Positions 1-10,129 of a DNA stretch of 64,000 bases are shown here, in pieces (position 1 is the stretch's first letter; every line of letters starts with the position of its first letter). The position numbers and the translations under genes are program-made. Location of the stretch: contig OZ241865.1 in the NCBI GenBank assembly GCA_965203275.1, positions 224,001-288,000 of the forward strand, in the 5' to 3' direction. The notes beneath the pieces were generated by a model. The model ran no database searches, had not been told where the DNA came from, and was given only the letters and a program-made list of their open reading frames with translations. The stretch comes from Bdellovibrionales bacterium (GTDB lineage Bacteria; Bdellovibrionota; Bdellovibrionia; Bdellovibrionales; JAUICD01).

Positions 1-980
1 AAAAAGAAATCTTGTTTCCTTAATATCGTGTAAAGAGACGAGAGGATCCTCCCCTACTCAAAATGAGCGGATTTTTTAGATGTTGCCTATTTTGTCAAAG
101 GCGAAAGCCTTTGCGGTCATTGCCCAAGGTGTAAGAAGGAACTTTTTCCTTAACATGTAGTTAAAAAACGAAGGGATCCTCCCTACTAAAAGTGGTCAGG
201 CTTTTGAGGCAATGACCATTTTGTCAAAGGCGAAAGCCTTTGCGGTCATTGCCCAAAAGTAGCCAGAGGCTAGACCACTTTGAGTGAAACAACTCCTTAA
301 CATCGTGTTTATCTGGGATCCGGGATCGGGCAACCCGGCATCAGAAGGAAATCTTTTTCCTTAACATTGTGTCAAAAGACGAGGAGATCCTCCCTACTAA
401 AAGTAAGCGGACTTTTGAGGTAGCCAGCCTTTGATTGACGGCGGTAGCCGTCGGGCTGGCTACCCAAAAGTGACCAGAGGTCAGTTTACTTTTAGTGAAA
501 AAGAGAGGTGTGGTTCATTTTGAGTGAAACAACTCCCTAACCCCACCCCCCGCCCTTCGATTCTGCTTTTCCATCTTGTTTTTACTTGAGAATAGGGCAG
601 TGTGAGCCTTCCGAAGTCCTCAATTGAGCTTGCTTTTAAAGAGCAAGCTCAATTTGCGGAAGATCTCCAGGCTCCCACTGCCCCATCCTCTCTTTAATTA
701 CTTTTTTTTGAAAGTTATGCAGAATCTAAAAAGAATAAAAAAACAAAAAGAAACTCTTTTTTCCTTAACATGGTATAAAGAAATAAAAAGATCCTTTTTC
801 TGGGATCCGGGAACCGGCAACAAAAGGAACTTTTTCCTTAACATCGTGTTAAAAAACGAGGAGATCCTCCCTACTAAAAGTGGTCAGGCTTTCTAGGTTG
901 CCAGCATTTGAGAAGGCGATAGCCTTCGGCTGGCAACCAGAAAGTAGCCAGAGGCTAGGCCACTTTTAGTGAACCAAACG
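1..980. repeat. Cluster of the ~140-bp structured intergenic repeat (family A; fuller copies ~147-290, 359-500, 837-973), one family-B element (~535-770) and GGATCCG-type heptamers
   Basis: Recurring ccttaac...gatcctccctact..aaa..hairpin..ccagagg..gtgaa units seen directly. Confidence 0.85.
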
Positions 981-981
981 C

Positions 982-1737
982 TTACTTGAGTGAAAAATTA
1001 CGATGTACGTCATAGAGTGCAACTGCTAAGCTAGTAGAAGCATTTAAGCTATGGGTTTTTTCGACCTGAGGAATAGTAAGGATTTGATCGCAAACCCCTT
1101 TGATTCCTTTACGTAAGCCTTTACTCTCCGCTCCTACAATCAATATAATTTTTTTAGGGAAAGTTTCTTGCCATAAAGGTTTTGAATTTTTCTCTCTATA
1201 TGTTTCTAAACCATATATCCAAAAACCTAAATCTTTGAGTTTTTGAAGTTCATTTAACAAATTAGATACAATTTGTATGGGGACATGTTCTACTCCACCA
1301 CTGGCTACTTTATGCACAGCAGGTGTCAGATGAACACAGTGATGCTTGCCAAGTATAATACCGTAAACTCCAAAGAGCCATGAGGATCGCAAGATATTTC
1401 CAAGGTTTTGTGGGTCTTCTAAAGAATCAATGGCAACTAAAACAATTTGCTTGCTTTTCTTCACAATACTCCAGTCCCAAGTGGGTCGACTATGGCAATC
1501 TAAAGCAAGTCCTTGCCAATTTTTTAAAAAATTTTCTCTCTTATATGTAATAGGAATTTTATGGTTCAGTAAGAGAGCATGCAACTCTTTAAGTGCTACC
1601 GACTTTTTCCATTGATGGGATAGGTAAGCTATGGAGATACTCCAAGGCCTAATTTTAAGAGTTTCTTTACAGGCATGTAGCCCGATAATTCTTCTATTAG
1701 GTTTTTGAGTAAATGCTCTTTTAATATTTATTTTCAT
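982..1737 (-). CDS. SpoU/TrmH-family RNA 2'-O-methyltransferase (RlmB-like)
   Basis: DSLEDPQNLGNILRS, VGAESKGL, IPQ..SLNAS SPOUT motifs. Confidence 0.85.
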   Translation of the reverse strand: MKINIKRAFTQKPNRRIIGLHACKETLKIRPWSISIAYLSHQWKKSVALKELHALLLNHKIPITYKRENFLKNWQGLALDCHSRPTWDWSIVKKSKQIVLVAIDSLEDPQNLGNILRSSWLFGVYGIILGKHHCVHLTPAVHKVASGGVEHVPIQIVSNLLNELQKLKDLGFWIYGLETYREKNSKPLWQETFPKKIILIVGAESKGLRKGIKGVCDQILTIPQVEKTHSLNASTSLAVALYDVHRNFSLK

Positions 1738-1834
1738 ATTTATAATAAAAAAATATTGACCTGTTATTTGTTCTTTTTTAAAAAGGTGTTTTGTGTTACT
1801 TTATATAAACAGTGCAGAAAAATAATAAATATAA

Positions 1835-1911
1835 GGGCCGCTAGCTCAGTTGGTTAGAGCATCTGCCTTTTAAGCAGAGGGTCTCTGGTTCGAGTCCAGA
1901 GCGGCTCACCA
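1835..1911 (+). tRNA. tRNA-Lys(UUU)
   Basis: Cloverleaf; anticodon arm TCTGC-CTTTTAA-GCAGA; GGTTCGAGTCC T-arm; encoded CCA. Confidence 0.95.
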
Positions 1912-1932
1912 TTTATTATTATAACACTGTAT

Positions 1933-2008
1933 GACCCCTTCGTCTAGTGGTCTAGGATATCACCCTTTCACGGTGAGGACACGGGTTCGAGTCCCGTAGG
2001 GGTCGCCA
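1933..2008 (+). tRNA. tRNA-Glu(UUC)
   Basis: Cloverleaf; anticodon arm TCACC-CTTTCAC-GGTGA; GGTTCGAGTCC; encoded CCA. Confidence 0.95.
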
Positions 2009-2265
2009 TTTTTACAAATAAGATCAACATGACTCAAAACAATACACTCTCATTGGATTTGTGAAGGTTTTTTAGAGATTTTAAAAGCATTCTTTAAGAA
2101 AAAAGCAAAGTCCTTGTTAAAGATAATTGTAGTGATTATGAAGTAAGCTATTGAAATTATTGAATTAATTAAATTCCCTTTTTATTAAAAAGTTTCTAAG
2201 AAATTCTTAAAGCCATGATAATAAGCTGACTTTAAATATAGGTGGTAAAAAATAAGTGAGGTTTT

Positions 2266-3960
2266 TTGACAATGACTCAACAAAAGCCAGATCACTTTAT
2301 TCAAAAGATTATCAAACAAGATATAGCCTCTGGCAGAATAACTTCTGATGGACTGGTCACACGCTTTCCTCCAGAGCCCAATGGTTATCTTCACATTGGA
2401 CATGCTAAGGCTATTTGCCTTAATTTTGGACTTGCTCAACAATTTGGAGGACGATGCCATCTTAGGTTTGATGACACCAATCCTGAAACAGCTGAAATGC
2501 ACTACATTAAAGCTATCAAAGAAAATATTCAATGGCTTGGCTTTGATTGGGGGAAACATCTTTATTATGCCTCTGATTATTTTCTACAACTTTATCAATG
2601 GGCTGTTTTTTTAATAAAAAAAAACTTAGCTTTTGTAGATGATAGCACCCCTCAAAATATTCAAAAAATGCGAGGTTCTTTTACCGTCCTTGGTCAAAAC
2701 AGTCCCTTTCGTAATCGCAGTATAGAAGAAAATTTAGAACTGTTTGAGAAGATGAAAGATGGTCATTTTGAAGATGGTAGCAAAGTTTTGCGTGCTAAAA
2801 TAAACATGGCTTCTGGTAATATGAACATGCGTGATCCTATTATGTACCGCATACTTAAAAAAAAACCTCATCCACGAACAGGTCATACATGGAGTATTTA
2901 TCCTACGTATGATTTTGCCCACGGACAATCTGATGCGATTGAGAAAATCACTCATTCTCTTTGCACATTAGAATTCGAAGATCATCGCCCTTTGTATAAT
3001 TGGTTTTTAGAAAAGTTAGAAATTACAAATCCTCCAAGGCAGTTTGAATTTGATCGCCTTAACTTAGATCACACTATTTTAAGTAAAAGACATCTCTTAG
3101 AGATGGTCGAGAAAAAATATGTACAAGGATGGGATGACCCGCGTATGCCTACTATAGAAGGGATGAAACAGCGTGGCTATCCGGCTTCTGTTATTGTAGA
3201 ACTTTGTGACTTGATAGGGGTGACAAAAGATCAATCGACAATACAAACATCTTTGCTTGAAAATCTTTTCAGAAGGGAGCTTGGACGTACTTCCTGTCGT
3301 TTGATGGCTGTGATAGATCCTATAAAAGTTATTTTAGCAGGCAAGGTTTCTGAAACCCTCATAGCCAAAAAACATCCTCAAAAACCAGAATTAGGTAAAC
3401 GAAATATCCCTTTCAATCAAGATATTTTAATTGAGAAAAGTGATTTTGTAAATAAACTCCACAAAGTGGGATTGCATGTACGTTTAAGATACGCTTATGT
3501 TATTCGATGTGATGAAATTGTTAAAGATCAAAACGGCCAAGTACAATATTTAAAGTGTTCTTATTATAAAGAAACCAAAGGAGGTCAAATTCCTTCTGAA
3601 GATCGAAACATTCAACTAAAAAAAGGCGAAAAAATACCTATTATTCACTGGGTATCTGCTAACTTATCTTTGCCCATTAAGGTATATCATTATGATCATT
3701 TGTTTCGTTTTAAAAAGGGGGGATGTCTTGCTAGCGGTGAGGATTATAAAACATATTTGAATCCCAGCTCTTTGGTCATAGAAACAAATGGTAGAATAGA
3801 GCAAAGTGCAAGTTTATTGTTTGCAGATGATCCTGACCCTCAAGATCTTCAAGCTCAGCAACATCCTGTTCAATTTGAAAGATTAGGTTATTATATGCCG
3901 AAGTCTTACGAAGAAAAATCAAAAGATATTATATTTTATAGGGTTGTCGCTTTGAAATGA
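2266..3960 (+). CDS. glnS: Glutamine--tRNA ligase (start may be ATG 2272)
   Basis: TRFPPEPNGYLHIGH, RFDDTNP, YPTYDFAH, CTLEF, LSKR, WDDPRMPT, QFERLGY. Confidence 0.95.
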   Translation: MTMTQQKPDHFIQKIIKQDIASGRITSDGLVTRFPPEPNGYLHIGHAKAICLNFGLAQQFGGRCHLRFDDTNPETAEMHYIKAIKENIQWLGFDWGKHLYYASDYFLQLYQWAVFLIKKNLAFVDDSTPQNIQKMRGSFTVLGQNSPFRNRSIEENLELFEKMKDGHFEDGSKVLRAKINMASGNMNMRDPIMYRILKKKPHPRTGHTWSIYPTYDFAHGQSDAIEKITHSLCTLEFEDHRPLYNWFLEKLEITNPPRQFEFDRLNLDHTILSKRHLLEMVEKKYVQGWDDPRMPTIEGMKQRGYPASVIVELCDLIGVTKDQSTIQTSLLENLFRRELGRTSCRLMAVIDPIKVILAGKVSETLIAKKHPQKPELGKRNIPFNQDILIEKSDFVNKLHKVGLHVRLRYAYVIRCDEIVKDQNGQVQYLKCSYYKETKGGQIPSEDRNIQLKKGEKIPIIHWVSANLSLPIKVYHYDHLFRFKKGGCLASGEDYKTYLNPSSLVIETNGRIEQSASLLFADDPDPQDLQAQQHPVQFERLGYYMPKSYEEKSKDIIFYRVVALK

Positions 3961-4058
3961 AAAAAACATGTACTTTTATTATCCATAATCTCTATATCAT
4001 CATAAATCCATAGACATAGACATAAACTGATAAGGAAACTGATAGGGCAAATAATGAA

Positions 4059-4079
4059 AAGCCCTCATAATGAGGGCTT
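4059..4079 (-). terminator. Intrinsic terminator hairpin between convergent glnS and the small ORF
   Basis: AAGCCCTCA-TAA-TGAGGGCTT; T-run follows on the minus strand. Confidence 0.6.
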
Positions 4080-4117
4080 CTATGGGTCAAATGCATTTGA
4101 CTGGTGAAAAGAAATAT

Positions 4118-4288
4118 CTAATCATTATCACTACCTGGATCGCTATCTTTGTCACCGCTACAGTCAACTGTTGTAACTGTATCAATAGCCTTCCATTGTG
4201 TTCCTGCATCATAAACAGAAGCACCTGCTTGATGACTTATAAATCCTGATAAAGCAAATACACATAATAATAAATATAAATAACGCAT
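4118..4288 (-). CDS. 56-aa putative secreted peptide, not in the ORF track (MRYLYLLLCVFALSGFISHQAGA-SVYDAGTQWKAIDTVTTVDCSGDKDSDPGSDND)
   Basis: AAGGAGG RBS 5 nt before ATG, Sec-type signal peptide with AGA site, downstream terminator. Confidence 0.75.
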   Translation of the reverse strand: MRYLYLLLCVFALSGFISHQAGASVYDAGTQWKAIDTVTTVDCSGDKDSDPGSDND

Positions 4289-4490
4289 TACGTCCTCCTT
4301 TGTAAAATGATTGATATAATATTAATTAATACTACTGATATTATTGTAACCTAATTTAAAAGGCTATGGCAATCTTTTTTTTTATTTATCTGTATTTATG
4401 TCTTAAGTTTGAGACAAATTTGAGACAAAAATCAAAAATTGTCTCAATATGAAACAGTTTTGCTTTACTCAAAGAGATCTCATTTGGGTC

Positions 4491-4531
4491 AGATGGATCA
4501 AGATGGATCAAGATGGATCAAGATGGATCAA
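4491..4531. repeat. 10-bp tandem repeat (AGATGGATCA)x4 at the rnc stop
   Basis: Seen directly. Confidence 0.9.
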
Positions 4532-5208
4532 GTAAAAGTAGTCAGAGCGTTATAGGCTGCCACTTGCTGTGCTTCTCTTTTGCTTTTTCCAGAGCCTTTT
4601 GCAATAATCTTTTCATTAACTAATACATCTGTATAAAAAATTTTATTATGATCAGGCCCTTCTGTTTGTGTGAGAACATATTGAGGGATACATTGATACC
4701 TTTGCCATGTCATCTCTTGTAGCTGTGTTTTATAATCTTTCAAGTGAGTATGATGCAGTGTATGGGATATATTTTTTAATTCTTCATTAAATACTCTTTC
4801 TATAAAGGTTCTGCTATTTATTAAGCCAGAGTCTATATAGATAGCTCCAATAATGGCTTCTAAGGCACTGGATAATAAGCGTGGTTTGTTATGTCCTCCG
4901 GTGAGGACTTCTCCTTTGCTTAAACAGAGAAAATCTGGTATTTGTAATTCCTTTGCTATAAGGGCTAAGCAAGGCTCACCTACAAGGTAAGCTCTTTTTT
5001 TAGAAAGGTGGCCTTCATGATCCTGAGGAAATTTCTTCATAAGAATATCAGTGATTGCTAGTTGTAAAACAGCATCACCTAAAAACTCTAAACGTTCATT
5101 GTCTTTTGTCTGACCTTGTTCTTTAGCAAAGCTTTTATGGGTTAAAGCTTCTTTTAACAGTTGAGAATTTTTAAATTGATATTTGAGTATATCTTCTATA
5201 GGTTTCAT
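4528..5208 (-). CDS. rnc: Ribonuclease III
   Basis: NERLEFLGDAVL signature; dsRBD KDYKTQLQE...GKSKREAQQ. Confidence 0.97.
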   Translation of the reverse strand: MKPIEDILKYQFKNSQLLKEALTHKSFAKEQGQTKDNERLEFLGDAVLQLAITDILMKKFPQDHEGHLSKKRAYLVGEPCLALIAKELQIPDFLCLSKGEVLTGGHNKPRLLSSALEAIIGAIYIDSGLINSRTFIERVFNEELKNISHTLHHTHLKDYKTQLQEMTWQRYQCIPQYVLTQTEGPDHNKIFYTDVLVNEKIIAKGSGKSKREAQQVAAYNALTTFT

Positions 5209-5597
5209 TGAACGCTCATGGCAAATTTGCGTACCCCAGCTGTTTTTACAATATCAATAATAGCAATGACCTGTCCGTGAGAAACATCTTGGTCAGCAGA
5301 AATAATAGCTTGAGTATTTGGATGAGTTTGAGTGATAGCAAATACTTGGTTTTGGAGCTGTTCTGAGGTGACTGTTTGCCCGTTAAGATCTATTTGACCA
5401 TAGCGATCTAAAGTAACATGAATAGGGGATGGAGGAGACTCTATACCAGAAGAAGCTTGAGGAAGCTGAACATCAAGAGAAGAACGCACCAACATAGGAG
5501 TTGTAACCATAAATATAATCAAGACCACCAAAATAATATCTACAAAGGGGGTCACATTAATATTTGCAATAGGTTCATTATCATCATTCATCATCAT
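5205..5597 (-). CDS. ExbD/TolR family biopolymer transport protein (start at one of the ATGs 5591-5597)
   Basis: INVTPFVDIILVVLIIFMV, ISADQDVSHG. Confidence 0.9.
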   Translation of the reverse strand: MMMNDDNEPIANINVTPFVDIILVVLIIFMVTTPMLVRSSLDVQLPQASSGIESPPSPIHVTLDRYGQIDLNGQTVTSEQLQNQVFAITQTHPNTQAIISADQDVSHGQVIAIIDIVKTAGVRKFAMSVQ

Positions 5598-6261
5598 TTT
5601 TAGGTTGGTTTCTTTCCATGTTTTGCATTTCTTGCTTACAATAAGCAATTCCAATTTGTCTAACAGCATCCATATTTGTTAAGATCATTTTGACCATTTT
5701 AGTAAATGTATTAAAAGCAATCACAGCTGGAATAGCCACAAAAAGCCCTACAGCTGTAGCCACAAGAGCTTCTGCAATCCCATTCATTACAAGAGCCATT
5801 TGACCAGAAGTTGCTGTGGCTACTCCTAAGTCTTTAAAGGCTTTCATAATTCCTAAAACAGTACCTAATAAACCTATAAAAGGAGCATTTGAACCAACAG
5901 TAGCTAAAAAGTTAAGTCCTCTTTCAAGCTTTGGCTTTTCTCTTATAGCATAAAATTTAAAAATCTCATCAAACCCATGATCTTGGCCATCTTTGAAATA
6001 CTGAAGGGCTTGTTCTAAGGCTTGCCCTTCAAAGCTATTGAGAAAGAGGTGATCTAGTTTGCTTAGTTTATTATATTTCAGAGAATTCTCTAATTGATCT
6101 CGAAAATCCTGACTGGATTTAAGTGCAGATCTTAAAATAATTGTACGCTCTAGTATAATAGCTATGCTGAGGATAGATAACAAGATCAATAGCCATAGGA
6201 TGGGTGTGATGCCACCTTGAGCTACTGAAAAAAGGCTTTCTATTAAAAACTGATCATTCAT
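5584..6261 (-). CDS. MotA/TolQ/ExbB family proton channel
   Basis: FLATVGSNAPFIGLLGTVLGIM, GIAEALVATAVGLFVAIPAV. Confidence 0.92.
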   Translation of the reverse strand: MNDQFLIESLFSVAQGGITPILWLLILLSILSIAIILERTIILRSALKSSQDFRDQLENSLKYNKLSKLDHLFLNSFEGQALEQALQYFKDGQDHGFDEIFKFYAIREKPKLERGLNFLATVGSNAPFIGLLGTVLGIMKAFKDLGVATATSGQMALVMNGIAEALVATAVGLFVAIPAVIAFNTFTKMVKMILTNMDAVRQIGIAYCKQEMQNMERNQPKNDDE

Positions 6262-6329
6262 TATGAGGTCCGTTTATCTTAATCATGTTGATCAAGGTAT
6301 TTTAGTACTAAATATTTTTTAAACGTTTT

Positions 6330-6806
6330 TTATAGTCTTGTGCGTGCAATGTTAGTTTCAGATGTTGGTTTTTTGATTTCTGTGGCTGTAGGTACAGAAG
6401 TGGTAGATTCAATAAAGGGTTCATCTATTATAGTATCAAGAGTTCCTTTCATAGCACCTTCTGTCGTTTTATGAGTCTTAGGGGTAAAAGGAGAAATTAA
6501 TGTTTCTTTCATTTGAGCTAAAACCACGCCAGACAGATCCGCTTGCATTGCATTTATTTTATCCACAAGCACTTGATTTTGTTTAATAAGTATTTGGTTT
6601 TGTTTTTTAATTTGCTTTGTTTGTAAGAACCATGTCAACACTTCTCTAGCGATCCAGGCAAACAAAGTCAACCCTACCAACACAATCAAAAAAAGTGTCA
6701 AAAAAGCCATTTGATGAGCAAATATCAAATCCCATATATCACTAAAAAATGGCCTTACAGAAGGCAATAAAAAATCTAAAATATTCACCTCATTTGCTGT
6801 TTTCAC
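6330..6806 (-). CDS. Hypothetical single-TM membrane protein
   Basis: Hydrophobic segment followed by coiled coil. Confidence 0.55.
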   Translation of the reverse strand: MKTANEVNILDFLLPSVRPFFSDIWDLIFAHQMAFLTLFLIVLVGLTLFAWIAREVLTWFLQTKQIKKQNQILIKQNQVLVDKINAMQADLSGVVLAQMKETLISPFTPKTHKTTEGAMKGTLDTIIDEPFIESTTSVPTATEIKKPTSETNIARTRL

Positions 6807-6909
6807 TTTACTTTACACCGTATCTGATGAAGTTAAAATTAAGTTTCAAAAGACATACAAATTATCTTTATTGACTATAAATTATATACGACTTAATAGC
6901 AAGTTTTTT

Positions 6910-7620
6910 TTTCACTCAAAATGAGCCACACATTTCTTTCCCTAAAATTGAACTAGCCTCTGGCTACTTTTGAGCTGGATCTTCAATTTATTTCTTAAAT
7001 TTCAAAATCATTGCCCTGAGACCAGACTCTTTCCCATTTATATCATTAGTTTTTATCACTTTTTACTCATTTGGCTTTGAAATTCTGTGCTTACAAATAA
7101 AAAATCTGGATGCGAATGGTAATGGGCAGTTAGCCCGACGACTGTCGTCGTCGATCAAAGGCTAACTGCCTCAAAAGCTTGTTCAATTTTAGGAAGGAGG
7201 ATGTCCTCATTTCTTAACACAATGTTAAGGAAAAAGATTTCCTTCTGATGTTTGCTCTGACAGCAATTTTAGGAAGGAGGATGTCCTCATTTCTTAACAC
7301 AATGTTAGATTTCCTTCTGATGTTTGCTCTGACAGCTTACGCTGTCCAAAAAGAGCAATGTCCAAAAGTAGCCAGAGGCTAGTTTACTTTTAGTGCAAAT
7401 CAAATGAGGCAATGACCATTTTGTCAAAGGCGAAAGCCTTTGTAGGCAACACCCAAGATGTAAGAAGGAACTTTTTCCTTAACATGGTGTCAGAAGCAAG
7501 GAGATCCGCTCTACTCAAAATGAACAAGCTTTTGAGGTAGCCAGTCTTTTACGACGGCGATAAGCCGTCGGGCTGGCTACCCAAAAGTGGTCAGAGACCA
7601 GTTCATTTTGAGTGAAATAA
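6910..7620. repeat. Family-A repeat cluster (mosaic copies in both orientations; full copy ~7477-7617)
   Basis: Same motifs as 1-980, with a local tandem duplication at ~7185-7335. Confidence 0.85.
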
Positions 7621-7627
7621 ACCCGAC

Positions 7628-7656
7628 TTGACATTGAAACATGAATATTATAAAAT
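7628..7656 (+). promoter_or_regulatory. sigma70-type promoter for ORF 7759
   Basis: TTGACA-17nt-TAAAAT. Confidence 0.6.
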
Positions 7657-7758
7657 TCCAGTAAATTTAAAGTTATGAGTTAGCAAACACGGCAATTAAA
7701 GCCAAATTTTATAAAATGCCAACAAATCTAAAGTTATAAGGAAGGAAGGATATAAATT

Positions 7759-8745
7759 ATGTTGAAAAAAATATGTATTTATTTAGTTATTATCTTGCAA
7801 TCAAATATGGTTTTTAGCTTTGATCTGACTGATGAAGGAATAGACAAAGCTATTCGAAATTATCTTTCATTTCAGATGGACACCATAGATGAGAGCGTTG
7901 TTGATGAATTCACTCAACTCGTAGAGAATAACCTTGATGTGTTTGGTTATATAGCAGAAGCTCAAACAGATCCAACTGTTTTACCTTATCTTGAAAAGTA
8001 CAATGCTCTCAAGATGAAGTATACAGGTCAACCCATTAATGCAAATATTAAAGTTATTTTAAGTAATCACCTTATGAAAAATACTCAGCATGATAGAAGT
8101 ATGATATTTGCTGGATATTGTGATTCTCTGACCCGTACTGTTTTCTTAGATCGCGGTTTTTGGAATTTTCACAAAGACAATGAAAAAATGAGAGAAGCTC
8201 TTTTATATCATGAATTAGGACACTGTGATTTAAACAGAAAGCACAGTGATGGTGGTGGATATGAACAAAGACAGCCTTATTTTTCTTTTATGAATCTTCA
8301 CCTACTTGAACCATTATTGATTCCATATATTTTTGAGCAGGAGCAAGAACGAGAAGAGCGATGTTCTAGAGAAATAGACGCATGGAGAGGAGGTGGACCT
8401 CCTCTTACTTTTGTTTGTAATGGCTATTCAGATAAATGTTCTAGAGAAGTTGTAGAGGAATATATGAGAAGAGGTGGATATCCTGGTTGCAATATAGACC
8501 TTGAATCCTATCACTATGAATACGTTTTAAATAATGATTTAGATAGGGCTTTTGAAGCACTCAATGAAGAGCTTTTTTCAATACAAAATACTACTACTGG
8601 TGTGGAATATATTAATGATGGTGGTCGTATTAAATCTACTTATACCTACCGACAATTTGAACCATTATATCTCCCTATAATTAAACATATAACTATTGGT
8701 CCTGCTATTGCACCTACAGCACAAGATTTTTATGAAGGTTTTTAG
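7759..8745 (+). CDS. Exported putative zinc metallopeptidase
   Basis: Signal peptide; LLYHELGHCDL (HExxH); RBS GGAAGGA. Confidence 0.7.
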   Translation: MLKKICIYLVIILQSNMVFSFDLTDEGIDKAIRNYLSFQMDTIDESVVDEFTQLVENNLDVFGYIAEAQTDPTVLPYLEKYNALKMKYTGQPINANIKVILSNHLMKNTQHDRSMIFAGYCDSLTRTVFLDRGFWNFHKDNEKMREALLYHELGHCDLNRKHSDGGGYEQRQPYFSFMNLHLLEPLLIPYIFEQEQEREERCSREIDAWRGGGPPLTFVCNGYSDKCSREVVEEYMRRGGYPGCNIDLESYHYEYVLNNDLDRAFEALNEELFSIQNTTTGVEYINDGGRIKSTYTYRQFEPLYLPIIKHITIGPAIAPTAQDFYEGF

Positions 8746-8923
8746 AAAAACTTAGAGAAGGAAAAAGCTAAAGTCATTAAATAATATTAATTTGATGACT
8801 ATCAGTCTTATCAGGTAATAATGTCTCTAAAAACATTAATAAAAGCACAATGCCAACATAATTTGGATTTTAAAAAATGCTTCATTGTACTTTAGTTAAA
8901 GGATAATGGGATAGATAATGATT

Positions 8924-9526
8924 TTATGCTGTTTCCAAAAGAAACTTCATTAAGAGTCCTAATGCACTCACTGCAAGAGTTGTCGCAGTGATTATAATCA
9001 CAAGTATTCTATTGGTTAATGAAGATTTAAGCATTTCTATCTTTAATTGAACCTGTTCTATATCTTTCTTGGTATCAGCCCTTAGTTGCTCTATTTTTTC
9101 TGAAAGGTTATTGATATCTTTTTTAGTATCTGCCCTTAGCCGTTCTATATCTTTTTTAGTATCTGCACCTAGCAGTTCTATATCTTTCTTGGTATCAGCT
9201 CTTAAGTGTTCTATATCTTTCTTGGTATCTGCCCTTAGCTGTTCTATATCTTTCTTGGTATCTGCCCTTAGCTGTTCTATATCTTTTTTAGTATCTGCCC
9301 TTAGCTGTTCTATATCTTTCTTGGTATCAGCTCTTAAGTGTTCTATATCTTTCCTGAGGTGTTCTATATCTTTCTGAATAAGCAAGATATCTCTTTTATC
9401 AGCTACGCTTTGTAATTGGTTTTCTCTCCCCTTTTGCAAATCGATTAAAATATCGGCTTGCTGTTTTGTAAAACCACTATTTTGCAGACGTTGAAGTAAT
9501 TGTAAATCTATTGCTGGTTGTTTCAT
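8924..9526 (-). CDS. Bdr/DUF1640-like coiled-coil protein with 11-aa repeats and C-terminal TM
   Basis: LQNSGFTKQQAD N-terminus; 33-bp repeats encoding KKDIEQLRADT; hydrophobic C-terminus. Confidence 0.8.
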   Translation of the reverse strand: MKQPAIDLQLLQRLQNSGFTKQQADILIDLQKGRENQLQSVADKRDILLIQKDIEHLRKDIEHLRADTKKDIEQLRADTKKDIEQLRADTKKDIEQLRADTKKDIEHLRADTKKDIELLGADTKKDIERLRADTKKDINNLSEKIEQLRADTKKDIEQVQLKIEMLKSSLTNRILVIIITATTLAVSALGLLMKFLLETA

Positions 9527-9606
9527 GTTTTTGCTCCATTTCTATTATATAGCTTACTATGGTTAAGTTAATAGCAAAAATTTTACTTTTTATCACTATT
9601 ATTTCT

Positions 9607-9635
9607 AGCTTACATAAGTTTGATGTATTTGTCAA
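9607..9635 (-). promoter_or_regulatory. sigma70-type promoter for the Bdr-like gene, overlapped by an imperfect inverted repeat
   Basis: Minus strand TTGACA-17nt-TAAGCT; TTTGATGTAT...GCATATCAAA IR. Confidence 0.5.
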
Positions 9636-10038
9636 TAATGCATATCAAACCATGAAAAATCAGACTTAATGCATTAAAATAGTTGTTTTTAATCTGTACA
9701 CTTTAATTTTATTCAATCTATATCATCTTAAATCAAAAATAAATTTCTTTGAAAATCTCAATATTATTATCTCAAATGGATTTTATACGTTGATTATACG
9801 TGATATTGCGATAGTGGGAAAGCTGGCTGTTAGCGACTATTTTTGTCATATATTGACAAAAATGGTCCTTGTCAACCCTTTGCTCCATACTTATATTTTA
9901 TTATAATAATCCTTAGATGTTTTCAAAGCAGGAATTTAGGCTTGTAAATATAGGATTTTTATCTATAGTTTAGGATAATTTTAGCAAATTTTATATACTA
10001 AAAGAAAGTTGAGATGAATCTATAAAGGAGTAAACTTT

Positions 10039-10054
10039 TGGCAAAAATATTGCA
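10039..10054 (+). promoter_or_regulatory. sigma54 (-24/-12) promoter
   Basis: TGGCAAAAATATTGCA, GG-N10-GC spacing. Confidence 0.55.
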
Positions 10055-10129
10055 AAAGTAATTTTAAAGTTTTAAAATATTGTAAATGTGAAGATGTTTT
10101 GAGTTTAAAATAAAGTTTAGAAGGTTGTA

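Noticed and set aside
147..290. Family-A repeat as a hammerhead ribozyme or group II intron fragment
   Set aside because: No CUGANGA core or domain-V signature recognised within the unit.
624..896. Short ORFs inside repeat clusters (also 21733, 29436-29901, 30185, 40978, 41263, 50351, 55202)
   Set aside because: They lie within non-coding repeat families and read in inconsistent frames and strands.
9069..9377. Antisense ORFs over repetitive genes (also 22073-22583, 26485-28830, 33732-33986)
   Set aside because: Shadow frames of well-supported CDSs.
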